From Macrostomum lignano (lineage: Eukaryota), in assembly GCA_002269645.1 (NCBI GenBank), contig NIVC01002074.1:62001-126000 (forward strand): a DNA stretch of 64,000 nucleotides, read 5' to 3'. Position 1 is the stretch's first letter. Every line of letters begins with the position of its first letter. This document shows positions 25,769-37,890 of this stretch, piece by piece. The notes below the pieces were generated by a model, which was given only the letters and a program-made list of their open reading frames with translations, was not told where the DNA came from and made no database searches. Position numbers and translations under genes: made by a program.

Positions 25769-26589
25769 TAGGGGGTGACCCAGTCCCGGGCCAGGGCCTG
25801 GGTCAGGCCATGATTTTGGTCGGGATTCCTGACTTTTTGGGAAACAATTTGACCCTAAAAAAGTCTGGAAATTGGGACAAATGTCCCAATTTCCAGAATT
25901 GACACTGTTAGAAATTGAAAGAACAAGCTGACACTTACAGCTTGTCAGCTTTAAGTGACAATTCTTTTTTCCCTAAAGGCACAAACTGCGTATGAATAAG
26001 AATAAAATTATTTTATTCTAAAAATTCTAAAAATTCAAATAAAAGAATCAATTGACTTGGTTCTTACTTCCTTACTACTTCCAATGCCAAGTGCCTTACA
26101 CTTAATGCTTTAGCTTTTCTTCTTTTTGCTTACTGCCACTGCTAGTGCTAGCTGCACTGCCACAGTGCTTGCTTGCCTACCTCACTGCCTGTCAGTGTCA
26201 CTGTCACTGGCACATACACACAGTACTTATGCCACACAGTGACATTGAATTTGAACTATTGAGTATATTGATATTTGAGTATTAAGTCTTGTAATGTAAC
26301 TTTTGTTCTATTCTTAAGTCTTAACTAATGTATTTAAATAATAATAATATTTACTATATATTTAATATATTATATTATATTTAATATATTTATATATTAT
26401 AATATATTTAATATATTTAATAGTAATCCATATATGCTTAAAGTATTAAGATTTATTATGATGATTTTTTTTCCAATTGTTGAACTGTCCTAAAGATCTT
26501 GTCCCGAATTCCCGAGGCCCAACCCGGGCCTGAGTCCTCATTCTTAGGCCCGACCTGGGCCCAACTTTGGCCATCCTAGTTGCTCCCTA
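25769..26589. mobile_element. hAT MITE
   Basis: 8-bp TSD GTTTTGTG on both sides. TIRs TAGGGGGTGAC / GTTGCTCCCTA. Removal restores KAVLCNKPIYRASTGENIA. Confidence 0.8.
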
Positions 26590-28035
26590 GTTTTGTGTAA
26601 TAAGCCTATCTATAGAGCTTCCACTGGAGAAAACATTGCTAGTGCACTATAGACTATCATGGTAGAATGGGAAGTGAAAGAACAAGTTGTGGTTGTCATT
26701 ACGGATAAAGGCTCTTCAGTGTAAAGTGCTATTTGTCAGCTTTAAGTAAGTCTCAATTTTTCAACTATATCTTATTCTAGTTAGTCATCATACATCAGTA
26801 TAGTGTAATGCATGTAATCTTATATAGTATTATCTACATGTGTATATAAGTTCTGAGCCAACAGACAATAGACTTCTGAGCAAATTGTCTCAAAGTTGCT
26901 TTACAATAATAATAATAATATGGAATTAAATAGCATACATTCCAACATTCAATTCCCTACTATGAGTAATAATTTGTAACACTAACTTTGATACCCATAA
27001 TTATTTTTAAAAGGTGCCTTGCATATCTTGTGTCATTTACAAGCTGCAACAACAAGGGTTGCCAATAAGCCCAGAGCATAGCAAACAGTCAATGATTTTT
27101 TATCCCATTGCTACACAATTGTATAGCACTTCTCTAAGTCACCTAAGGCATACAGTGAATGGAAGAAGTGTTGTGAAAACCTGATGGCCAAAACATCCAA
27201 AATGCTCATTTAGGATATATGAACAAGATGGGATTCACAGCTTGACATGCTGGTGTCTTTTTGAGACTAGGTAATTAGAGACCTTTTTTATCTGTCCTTA
27301 CACTTGTCTACTTTAAGTAATATTAAAGATATCTCAGTAATACTAGAAGTTAGCTTTAGATACATAGGTAATTTAAAATGATTGCATGATTTGGTATCAA
27401 CTTCAAAATCTATTCATTAGGCACAAGTTGTTCAGCTATACAGCGCCTAGCGTAAAGTGGCTGCTACATTGACCCATTTTAAGTAGGATCTTATCAATCC
27501 ACTAATTTTTCTGCTGCAACCGATTCAAGATCTAGGACTTTGGCTCTCTGGAAGAGGACTAGTAAGCATTGTTCTTCCTAAGGTAAATACAAATTAAACT
27601 GTTTTATTATATCATTGAACTACTATAGTAAGATATGAATTCTGTAAATATGCATTCATCACATTCCGGTATATATAAAGATGTACATATAAAAATATAC
27701 ACAGACATTAGTTACATATTGTATACATGGATGCATATATAGACTATACTCGTAGAACATGCATAACATTTTCTCATTTTTCTGATTTAAAAATTTGCAG
27801 ATCTAGGGTCTCTGCAAGTTTCTAAAGGTGGCAGCTGACTTGCCAAAGGCCATTGGGAGTCTAGACTCTTGCTAAGATGCTCTCTAAGTCTATCCAACAT
27901 CATTTTGCTGATGTTCTAGCAAAAGAAAACAAGACTTTTGTTGTTTCAACTATGTTGGATCCCCACTATCATGATCTCGGATTCCAAGGTGATACTAATG
28001 CCATTGCTCAGGGCCTCAGCCCTCAGGCTCATTAT

Positions 28036-29213
28036 GGGTGCAGCCCATTTCGGCGAAGGAATTTTTGGCAAAAGACTCTTCAGCGAAAGTGAATTTTAAG
28101 TTTCAATAGATGTACATTTCGGCGAAAGAAAGTGACCAGTTAGGCTAAAAGATGGGCTATGTATGTATTGCAAATATACCACTTTGGTGATTGAAGCTTT
28201 TAATAAATTGTAAATAAATAATAAATTGCTAGAAAATTTAAAAACTCATGACTTAGCTCATAGCTATGTTATGTACATGCGATCTATTGATATGCAGTCG
28301 ATAGATTAGGGATGATGACGGTGTGGTTTTTCAGATTAAATTGGACCAGGCTCCTAAGATTGTACTTTGAAATTCTGCCGTAATGGAAGGGCATCTAATA
28401 AAACAACTAAATTAAACTGCGACAAAACGAAAACATATTTAGATAAAATTAGTCTTTTTAAAGTTTGTTGTTTTTTTAGCTTACTTCTAAAACAAAAAAC
28501 TTCTCAGCGAAACTTAGAAAAATTTTTTTGCCGAAATGGTCAGCTTTCGACGAAATGGTCATTGCAAAAGTATTTTTCGCTGTTATTGACTTTTGCTGAA
28601 AATTCTTTTGCCAAAGTAGGTTGAAACCCAGGTTGCGGATGGTATGCATGTACGCCGGAACTTTTCCGGCGTACAAAACGGCCACCCTCAGTCCTTGGCG
28701 TACACAATCGGCGTACACAACCCCTGGCGCACTTTGTTGGCGTACACTATTGGCGTACACAAGTAACACAGCCACGCATACTTTTTTGGCGTACAAATTT
28801 TGGTGAATCAATTCATGCCATGCATGAAAATTGTAATGTAAATTAATGTTTTTACGTAAAGTAAAGGAAAATTTATATCGTCAGTGATAAACTTTTTGCT
28901 TATTTTAAGTTAAAAAAAAATTAAACTAGTGTAAAATTTTGCTGAAAGTATTAACTTTGCATGATATTTTTTGTAGGTGTTATTTAAGTTTGTTTAAACT
29001 GACAATATTCGTAATATTTTAAAGACACTTTTCATACGAAAGCCTTTCCTAGAAAACTCTACTCGTGAAAACCGAATGACCCTTTTTTTGGAATTTTTAG
29101 TGTACATTTGAGTGCAACTTTTTGTTTTTGGCGTACACTGGCGTACAAAGTCCTTGACGCCCGAATTTTTTCCGGCGTACACGGGTACATGATCCGCACA
29201 CTGGGTTGAAACC
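28036..29213. mobile_element. MITE with 8-bp TSD
   Basis: TSD CTCATTAT at 28028-35 and 29214-21. Degenerate TIR GGGTGCAGCCCATTTCGGCGAA versus reverse complement of TTTTGCCAAAGTAGGTTGAAACC. Confidence 0.65.
28627..29205. mobile_element. MITE nested in the right TIR of the previous element
   Basis: TIRs CCCAGGTTGCGGAT / ATCCGCACACTGGG, 6-bp duplication TTGAAA, internal GGCGTACAC motifs. Confidence 0.7.
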
Positions 29214-31503
29214 CTCATTATATGGTGTTCTAGGCAATGACTACTATCACTAGTGGCAAAACAGGCAATCTAGACAACAATGACAAGACTATTGCTGCTA
29301 CTAGTGCTCTAAGTGGCTTTATAATGCAGACTGCTATAGAGAAGCACAGCATGTATCATCTTGAAGATCTTGATGATTGGTCTTTTTGAGCAATTGGTGT
29401 ATAAAGCTTGCCTTGGCCAAATTCAATTTGGATGCAACAGCTTTCTGCAGCTGATAAACTTGGTCATTATGTCCTAGAAGCTCACTTGGTCCAACCCGAG
29501 GCCGAGGATGCCAAGACTCAGACAGCCAATACTCTGCACTGGTGACTGGTGGTCAATAAACCAATTTAAATACCCACAGATAGCAAACATCCAGCTGTTG
29601 GCCATGTCTACCTAGCAATCTGGCAATTGGATAGCAATCAAACCACATTCTTAAATCTGTTATATGGTAGAGCCTATGCTAGAAAAAATGATGTCCTACA
29701 CTATAAATACAAATTTATGCCAGAAAAACAAATTTACTCATGATCTATATGCTAGACATTCCATACTGACTTTTAAAAAATTACAGCTACAGATAGAAAG
29801 GACTTTTTACAATTTGCTCAAAGCTCAAAGCTTCATACTCGAGAAATATTTGAGAAAAATTCAATAGAGATGTTCCAATTTTCACATTCAACGATATATT
29901 AGATTGATACTCAAATTGAGTACAATGAAGCTTTGAGTTCGGTTTGAGTTATGATAATTGCTTAGTGTCTGGGTGAAGTCCTGCGTGTCAATTTTCAGCG
30001 ACAGAGAGCAAGCAGAAGTACTCGAAATCGAATATCAATCTAATATACACTGTGGAGATAGGGAAGCACCAGTTTTTTGCAAATTGTAAAAAGTCCTTTC
30101 GATCTGTAGCCGTAATTTTTTTCAAGTCGGTTTATCTCGTGGGTGATGTTTTTTCTGTACAAAATCATGGCGTTTGGTGTTTTTAAAGCAGAGATTTTGT
30201 TATTTCCGAATATCGATCTTGAATATCGCTCAGGGAATCCCTGCTGCATCGTCTGATTTGACTTTCGTTCTTTAACTACCCAGTTTAAAAACGAGATGGT
30301 CTATTCAGCGATTTTTTTAAGTAGGCCTTCAGGATCGACTTTGCTGAAGATGAAAAAATAAAAACCTCAAAGATTTAAGAGGCTATTTTATTGACATTAA
30401 TTTCTCCTATGATTATTTACTCTAAGGTTCATCAACTATTGGTTATTATGATTACTCAAATCGTAAATTTTCCAGCTTTTTTCACAATGTAATTTAATTT
30501 TCTTAATTTAGGTGGGTTTTCTTGGAGGAAATCATGCTTATAGTAAAAAAATTCATGGCCAGAGAAAACTGCATCCAGCCAGTCACGCAGGATGCGGAGG
30601 TTTCGCTTAAGTGAACGCGTGGAACGCGAACCTGCTGGGTGGATCCGACGCCCCGCATTTGTGTACATTGCGGTTGCAGTAAATACGAGTATGATGGTCT
30701 CTGACATTCACACCGACGAGATTGGGATGGGTAGGCGCCACACTCACAACTACGTGTAACAAGGAGCGTTAGCTCTATATAATTTTAACTAAATATTGCA
30801 ATTGTTAGTTGTTTTGTTTAATGTGAAAAAATAATATTGTAATTTTTATTATTATTTAAGTTATGATTGTTAGCTCGTACATGCTAAAACATGTACTGTA
30901 TCCATTTGACAAGAGGGGTACATGTATAAAACCTCATACATGTTAGTGTGGCAGTATAGGGTCCTTGACTCGACCATTCGAATTCCCAATAATCATGCTT
31001 TTTCCTGAACCGCATATCGCTCATGATAAATTTTGATGCAGTTAGTCATATCCGATTTGCTTTCAATATTCTTTTCAAAACTTTCAAACTTATATACTCG
31101 TACGAGTAGTCGCAGCAACCGTGGACAAACCTCGGGATCCGCCATACAACTCAACTGCGATTATCGGAAACTGATCGATGATGATTGTGAATCCAGCTGC
31201 CTTAAGCCCCAACTTACATGTACACTACGTGTAGCTTTTTCAAGTAAAATCCATGAACCACGAAGCTACTGTAGCTTAAATGTACACGTCTAGGCGCTCA
31301 TAGATAATTGATATACATCTAAAGAAAACCTTCTAAATTTCAATTCAAAGTTCTACATGTACACGTAAGTGTAACATGTACTGTATACGAAGCATGGTTA
31401 ATCTTTTAAAGCAATTTAGTAAAGCCACGAAGACTCAGAAGGATTTGTTTTATAAAACCTTTTAAGTTCCGTGCCATAAATGTGTACGACGTTACGTGAC
31501 AGG

Positions 31504-32630
31504 CCGGGGCGTCGCCCTTTTAATGGTGGGGGAGACAAAACTAAAAGTCTGGAACGAAAATTTTCTCTTTTGGGACTCTGTTGTTGCGTTACATAATTTT
31601 ATCTCTACAGACACTCATTTCAGCGCTGCAGTCACTCATTATATCTCTACAGACACTCATTTCAGGGCTGCAGTCACTCATTATATCTCTACAGACACTC
31701 ATTTCAGCGCTGCAGTCACTCATTATATCTCTACAGACACTCACTTCAGCGCTGCAGTCACTCATTATATCTCTACAGACACTCATTTCAGCGCTGCAGT
31801 CACTCATTATATCTCTACAGACACTCATTTCAGGGCTGCAGTCACTCATTATATCTCTACAGACACTCATTTCAGCGCTGCAGTCACTCATTATATCTCT
31901 ACAGACACTCATTTCAGCGCTGCAGTCACTCATTATATCTCTACAGACACTCATTTCAGGGCTGCAGTCACTCATTATATCTCTACAGACACTCATTTCA
32001 GCGCTGCAGTCACTCATTATATCTCTACAGACACTCATTTCAGCGCTGCAGTCACTCATTATATCTCTACAGACACTCATTTCAGCGCTGCAGTCACTCA
32101 TTATATCTCTACAGACACTCATTTCAGCGCTGCAGTCACTCATTATATCTCTACAGACACTCATTTCAGCGCTGCAGTCACTCATTATATCTCTACAGAC
32201 ACTCATTTCAGCGCTGCAGTCACTCATTATATCCCTACAGACACTCATTTCAGCGCTGCAGTCAATCATTATATCCCTACAGACACTCATTTCAGCGCTG
32301 CAGTCAATCATTATATCTCTACAGACACTCATTTCAGGGCTGCAGTCACTCATTATATCTCTACAGACACTCATTTCAGCGCTGCAGTCACTCATTATAT
32401 CTCTACAGACACTCATTTCAGCGCTGCAGTCACTCATTATATCTCTACAGACACTCATTTCAGCGCTGCAGTCACTCATTATATCTCTACAGACACTCAT
32501 TTCAGCGCTGCAGTCACTCATTATATCTCTACAGACACTCATTTCAGCGCTGCAGTCACTCAACTTAAGCGCCGCAGTGCGGGGGGACAAAGTAAAGCAA
32601 TTTTACTGGGGGAGGGGGGCGACGCCCCTG
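31504..32630. mobile_element. Putative hAT-like MITE containing a 42-bp minisatellite
   Basis: CCGGGGCGTCGCCC ... GGGCGACGCCCCTG inverted ends. TSD not found. Confidence 0.5.
31592..32562. repeat. 42-bp minisatellite, about 23 copies
   Basis: ATCTCTACAGACACTCATTTCAGCGCTGCAGTCACTCATTAT. Confidence 0.95.
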
Positions 32631-33220
32631 AAACGTACGCACTGCAATGATGCATAATTTCGAGTATGTGAGAGAATGTTTAAGTCATCTGCATTCTCAT
32701 AGGCATTGGAAATCATTTAACTGTCTAAGCCAATCAGAGGACAGCTAGCTAGACGCTGTCAAACGTGTGCCAGACTATATAATAGCTATAATACATGTAG
32801 CTTCTGTATACACAAAAATTGGCAGAACTTGGCAAATTATACTTCTATATGGAAAAGGCTCGACTTACAGTCAACTAGCTATACTCAACGGAAGAAACAT
32901 AATTTCATTATATACTGTAAGCTTCATAATAATTAATTTCCTCCTCGTATTATGCGCATTTATAATCTCGAATATGCAAATTTTAATTAATGATTTAATA
33001 TAATAAGATTCTCATGCAGCCTTGACGCCTAGACACCCAGGTTTTCGTAGTTTATAGGGCTAGAGTTGAAAAGCACATATTGAAGCATAATTAAACTTTT
33101 TTAAGCCGAAATGACGACAAATTTAAGCAGAAGAGCCAGCTCGCGTTCTCGTTGCAGCTTTTCTCGCCCGAGATTCGCGATCGAGTTTAGCGCCGGTTAA
33201 TACAAGTATACTATCGAATA

Positions 33221-33379
33221 ATGTACGCCATGGTGATGTCGCCACCGTCGGCGCCAGCGGCGCCACAACCGTCAGCGCCCAGCACAATAGACGTGGCGCT
33301 GCACAGATCGCCTGACCAGCGCTGGGGATTCCGGCTGCAGGGCGGAGCCGACTACAGGACCCAGCTGACCGTGATGCGG
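33221..33379 (+). CDS. N-terminal PDZ protein (ZASP/PDLIM-like), exon 1
   Basis: LHRSPDQRWGFRLQGGADYRTQLTVMR matches the PDLIM PDZ motif WGFRLQGG. Ends at GC donor CGG|GCGAGT. Confidence 0.8.
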
Positions 33380-33434
33380 GCGAGTCTCACAATTCCTGTT
33401 CTTGCCCAACTCATGTCCTGCTAGCGACCGGCGC

Positions 33435-33865
33435 ATAGCAACAATCAGGCTGTAGCCATGCAACCAAACCATAGCAATAATTGGGCCGTAGTCATAGCAA
33501 CCAAGCCATAGCAACAATCAGGCCGTAGCCATAGCAACAACAAGGCCGTAGCCATAGCAACAACAAGGCCGTAGCCATAGCAACAACAAGGCCGTAGCCA
33601 TAGCAACAACCAAGCCGTAGTCATAGCAACAATCAGGCCGTAGCCATAGCAACCAAGCCATAGAAGCAACCAGGCCGTAGCCATAGCAACAAATCCATAG
33701 CAACAATCAGGCCGTAGACATAGCAACAACCAGGCCCTAGCCATAGCAACCAAGCCATAGCAACAACCAGGCCGTAGCCATAGCAACCAAGCCATAGCAA
33801 CAACCAAACCGTAGCCATAGCAACCAAGCCATAGCAACAATCAGCTGTAGTCATAGCAATTAGCA
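33435..33865. repeat. Degenerate minisatellite in PDZ intron 1
   Basis: GCCGTAGCCATAGCAAC(AA) variants. Confidence 0.85.
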
Positions 33866-33916
33866 TACAGCTATAACACCATTACAACACCAGCTAAATA
33901 ACCCAACCCCACTCAG

Positions 33917-34065
33917 GTGGAGCCGAACTCGCCGGCCCAAGGGAAACTTCGCGTTGGCGACGCGATCCAGACGGTGAACGGGAAAAAATCCCGCCAGCTG
34001 AGCCACGCCCAGGCCTCCGAGGTTATCAAGGAGTCGGGAAACTCGCTAAAGCTCACCATTGTCAG
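33917..34065 (+). CDS. PDZ protein exon 2 (rest of PDZ domain); downstream exons not resolved
   Basis: cactcag|VEPNSPAQGKLRVGDAIQTVNG...LSHAQASEVIKESGNSLKLTIVR. Donor AG|GTGTGG. Confidence 0.82.
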
Positions 34066-34254
34066 GTGTGGTTGCGGATGGGGGAGGCAAAAAAAAATAA
34101 TGAGAAAGGGAGTGATGGAGGGGATGATTGGGCTTGAGAGGGTGCAGAGGAGAGAAAGGTGAGGAAAAAATGCAAGGATCACATTTGAAAATCGACCTCC
34201 AAAAATGTTTTTACGAATCACGAGTGTTCTGATATACTGCTAGTGCATGGTCTT

Positions 34255-34815
34255 TGGAGAAGTGAAGGAGAGATGAGGGAGAGGTGAAGGTGAGGGGATG
34301 AGGGAGAAGTGAAGGTGAGGGGATGAGGGAGAAGTGAAGGTGAGGGGATGAGGGAGAAGTGAAGGTGAGGGGATGAGGGAGAAGTGAAGGTGAGGGGATG
34401 AGGGAGAAGTGAAGGTGAGGGGATGAGGGAGAAGTGAAGGTGAGGGGATGAGGGAGAAGTGAAGGTGAGGGGATGAGGGAGAAGTGAAGGTGAGGAGATG
34501 AGGGAGAAGTGAAGGTGAGGGGATGAGGGAGAAGTGAAGGTGAGGGGATGAGGGAGAAGTGAAGGTGAGGGGATGAGGGAGAAGTGAAGGTGAGGGGATG
34601 AGGGAGAAGTGAAGGTGAGGGGATGAGGGAGAAGTGAAGGTGAGGGGATGAGGGAGAAGTGAAGGTGAGGGGATGAGGGAGAAGTGAAGGTGAGGGGATG
34701 AGGGAGAAGTGAAGGTGAGGAGATGAGGGAGAAGTGAAGGTGAGGGGATGAGGGAGAAGTGAAGGTGAGGGGATGAGGGAGAAGTGAAGGTGAGGGGATG
34801 AGGGAGAAGTGAGGG
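34255..34815. repeat. 25-bp purine-rich minisatellite
   Basis: GAAGTGAAGGTGAGGGGATGAGGGA. Confidence 0.95.
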
Positions 34816-35409
34816 AGAGGTGAGGGAGAGACAAAGAGGCTCAGCCAGATGCCAATAGGGGGGTTAATTAACCGAAAGAGTGAGAGAACTTTAACACAGG
34901 GAGTCAGAAAGCCCCGGGTTAAGCAGAGGCTGCAGCAGGGCGACCAGTAGCAGCAAAAGACCATAATATTGGCCATAAATGCCTGTGAAAGCTCGTAAGA
35001 AGCAAAATCAGCAGCAGAGGTAGAACATACTGAAAAAAGCTTTCACCAGCAGAAGTGGTCGTGAAGGAACGAGCGCAAGTCGATGCCAGACGGCTTTTGG
35101 CTAGAAACAAAGGACGCCAATAATTTGCTAAAAGTGGCAAGTAGGAGAAATTAAAATCTTTCCCAACCCTTCCGCGGCCCCGGCACGGTGGCACTGCGCA
35201 GAAAGCCGGCATCCCAGCAGCCCTAGTGCGGCATCATCGATGCGGGCAAGGAGCACTTAAAATAGCTACCTGGAGTGGACGCCAACAATTGTATCATTGT
35301 ATCATTATCAGTTACATTTCAACGCTGATTAAGATAACCGATTTTGCCATTATAGATTTTTACTACGTGCCTGGAACTCAAAATAATGATATAATATTAA
35401 TTGATTACA

Positions 35410-35582
35410 CCTGCCCTTAATTACCCCAGCTAATGCACCCATTTTACAGCTGGGCAAACTGAAAGCAATGCAGAGTTAATTAAGTGTCTTGCTCAAGGAC
35501 ACAAATTGTTCCGAGTATAGGGTGAAGATTCGAAACCCTGCACTTATCAGTCGTGAGTCCGACGACCGCTAGGCTACAACCC
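35410..35582 (-). mobile_element. tRNA-derived SINE with CORE-like domain
   Basis: Minus strand: TAGCCTAGCGG (A box), GGTTTCGAATC (B box), then TGTGTCCTTGAGCAAGACACTTAA...CTGTAAAATGGG. Confidence 0.7.
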
Positions 35583-36111
35583 ACTTGTAACACGTGGATA
35601 GAAAATATATAAGTACGCTGTCCAGATACCGTATATAGAACTCCATGCCAAGCTCTGCCCGCAGTAAATGGCGCATGCGCACACGAATCGAGTGTGCTGC
35701 ACGGCTCCCAAAATGTGGCCGCCCAGAGAATGGACCCGGCAGGCGCTGAGGAGCGACGTGTTTTTGTTGCAGTTTTTCGCACATCAGACCGCCTGTTCGC
35801 TGATGATGCATGCGACACACTGCGGGTCAGTCAGTCGGCTCTTTTGCTAAAAACGACCTTTGAGGAAGAAAAATGACAATCGTGCTACGCCGCTACCTTA
35901 CAGATGCGAAGAGTTTTGGCGATGCACTTTTGTTTTGTCACTAAAGTTTTCTTCGGGTTCGCTTTCTTAAAATTGTCCGATATTGTCTTCTGTTGACAGC
36001 AGTCAGAGAACTTAAGCCATGTTGGTGCAGAATTCTTTTAAAAATTAAAGAAAACTTTAACAAATGATTTTCAAGGATCCGCTTTTATGTTGCGGACTTC
36101 ATATTCTCAAC

Positions 36112-37890
36112 TCGTAATCTGAACCCAATCTCCCAAGATCCTCAAATCGTAATCTGAACCCACTCTCCCAAGATCCTCAAATCGTAATCTGAACCCACTC
36201 TCTCAAGATCCTCAGTAGGGATCTGAACCCACTCTCTCAAGATCCTCAGTAGGGATCTGAACCCACTCTCTCAAGATCCTCAGTAGGGATCTGAACCCAA
36301 TCTCCCAAGATCCTCAGTAGGGATCTGAACCCACTCTCTCAAGATCCTCAGTAGGGATCTGAACCCAATCTCCCAAGATCCTCAGTAGGGATCTGAACCC
36401 ACTCTCTCAAGATCCTCAGTAGGGATCTGAACCCACTCTCTCAAGACCCTCAGTAGGGATCTGAACCCACTCTCTCAAGATCCTCAGTAGGGATCTGAAC
36501 CCACTCTCTCAAGATCCTCAGTAGGGATCTGAACCCACTCTCTCAAGATCCTCAGTAGGGATCTGAACCCACTCTCTCAAGATCCTCAGTAGGGATCTGA
36601 ACCCACTCTCTCAAGATCCTCAGTAGGGATCTGAACCCACTCTCTCAAGATCCTCAGTAGGGATCTGAACCAACTCTCTCAAGATCCTCAGTAGGGATCT
36701 GAACCCACTCTCTCAAGATCCTCAGTAGGGATCTGAACCCACTCTCTCAAGATCCTCAGTAGGGATCTGAACCCACTCTCTCAAGATCCTCAGTAGGGAT
36801 CTGAACCCACTCTCTCAAGATCCTCAGTAGGGATCTGAACCCACTCTCTCAAGATCCTCAGTAGGGATCTGAACCCACTCTCTCAAGATCCTCAGTAGGG
36901 ATCTGAACCCACTCTCTCAAGATCCTCAGTAGGGATCTGAACCCACTCTCTCAAGATCCTCAGTAGGGATCTGAACCCACTCTCTCAAGATCCTCAGTAG
37001 GGATCTGAACCCACTCTCTCAAGATCCTCAGTAGGGATCTGAACCAACTCTCTCAAGATCCTCAGTAGGGATCTGAACCCACTCTCTCAAGATCCTCAGT
37101 AGGGATCTGAACCCACTCTCTCAAGATCCTCAGTAGGGATCTGAACCCACTCTCTCAAGATCCTCAGTAGGGATCTGAACCCACTCTCTCAAGATCCTCA
37201 GTAGGGATCTGAACCCACTCTCTCAAGATCCTCAGTAGGGATCTGAACCCACTCTCTCAAGATCCTCAGTAGGGATCTGAACCCACTCTCTCAAGATCCT
37301 CAGTAGGGATCTGAACCCACTCTCTCAAGATCCTCAGTAGGGATCTGAACCCACTCTCTCAAGATCCTCAGTAGGGATCTGAACCCACTCTCTCAAGATC
37401 CTCAGTAGGGATCTGAACCCACTCTCTCAAGATCCTCAGTAGGGATCTGAACCCACTCTCTCAAGATCCTCAGTAGGGATCTGAACCCACTCTCTCAAGA
37501 TCCTCAGTAGGGATCTGAACCCACTCTCTCAAGATCCTCAGTAGGGATCTGAACCCACTCTCTCAAGATCCTCAGTAGGGATCTGAACCCACTCTCTCAA
37601 GATCCTCAGTAGGGATCTGAACCCACTCTCTCAAGATCCTCAGTAGGGATCTGAACCCACTCTCTTAAGATCCTCAGTAGGGATCTGAACCCACTCTCTC
37701 AAGATCCTCAGTAGGGATCTGAACCCACTCTCTCAAGATCCTCAGTAAATCGTAATCTGAACCCACTCTCTCAAGATCCTCAGTAGGGATCTGAACCCAC
37801 TCTCTCTCAAGATCCTCAGTAGGGATCTGAACCCACTCTCCCGAAATCCTCAACCGGGATCTGAACCCACTCTCTAGAAATCCTCAAATC
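36112..37890. repeat. 34-bp minisatellite, about 52 copies
   Basis: GATCCTCAGTAGGGATCTGAACCCACTCTCTCAA. Confidence 0.95.

Larger units (their letters stand above)
23610..29650 (+). pseudogene. Fragmented hAT (ZBED-like) transposase interrupted by nested elements
   Basis: BED-finger pieces VHDYF / CKKC / HLKNYHP; MIAIDHQPFSLVEQQGFQELL..LAPNYSIP; TGENIA; TRWDS; TMLDPHY; NQFKYP near 29570. Many stops and frameshifts. Element ends not found. Confidence 0.75.

Noticed and set aside
29775-30122. Short nested inverted repeats (29775-29819 with 30079-30122; TAGATTGATA ends)
   Set aside because: Probably decayed MITE fragments. No consistent termini or TSD to define an element.
36112-37890. Possible CRISPR array (also other 28-42 bp arrays)
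   Set aside because: Units are head-to-tail with no unique spacers, no cas genes, and the context is eukaryotic.
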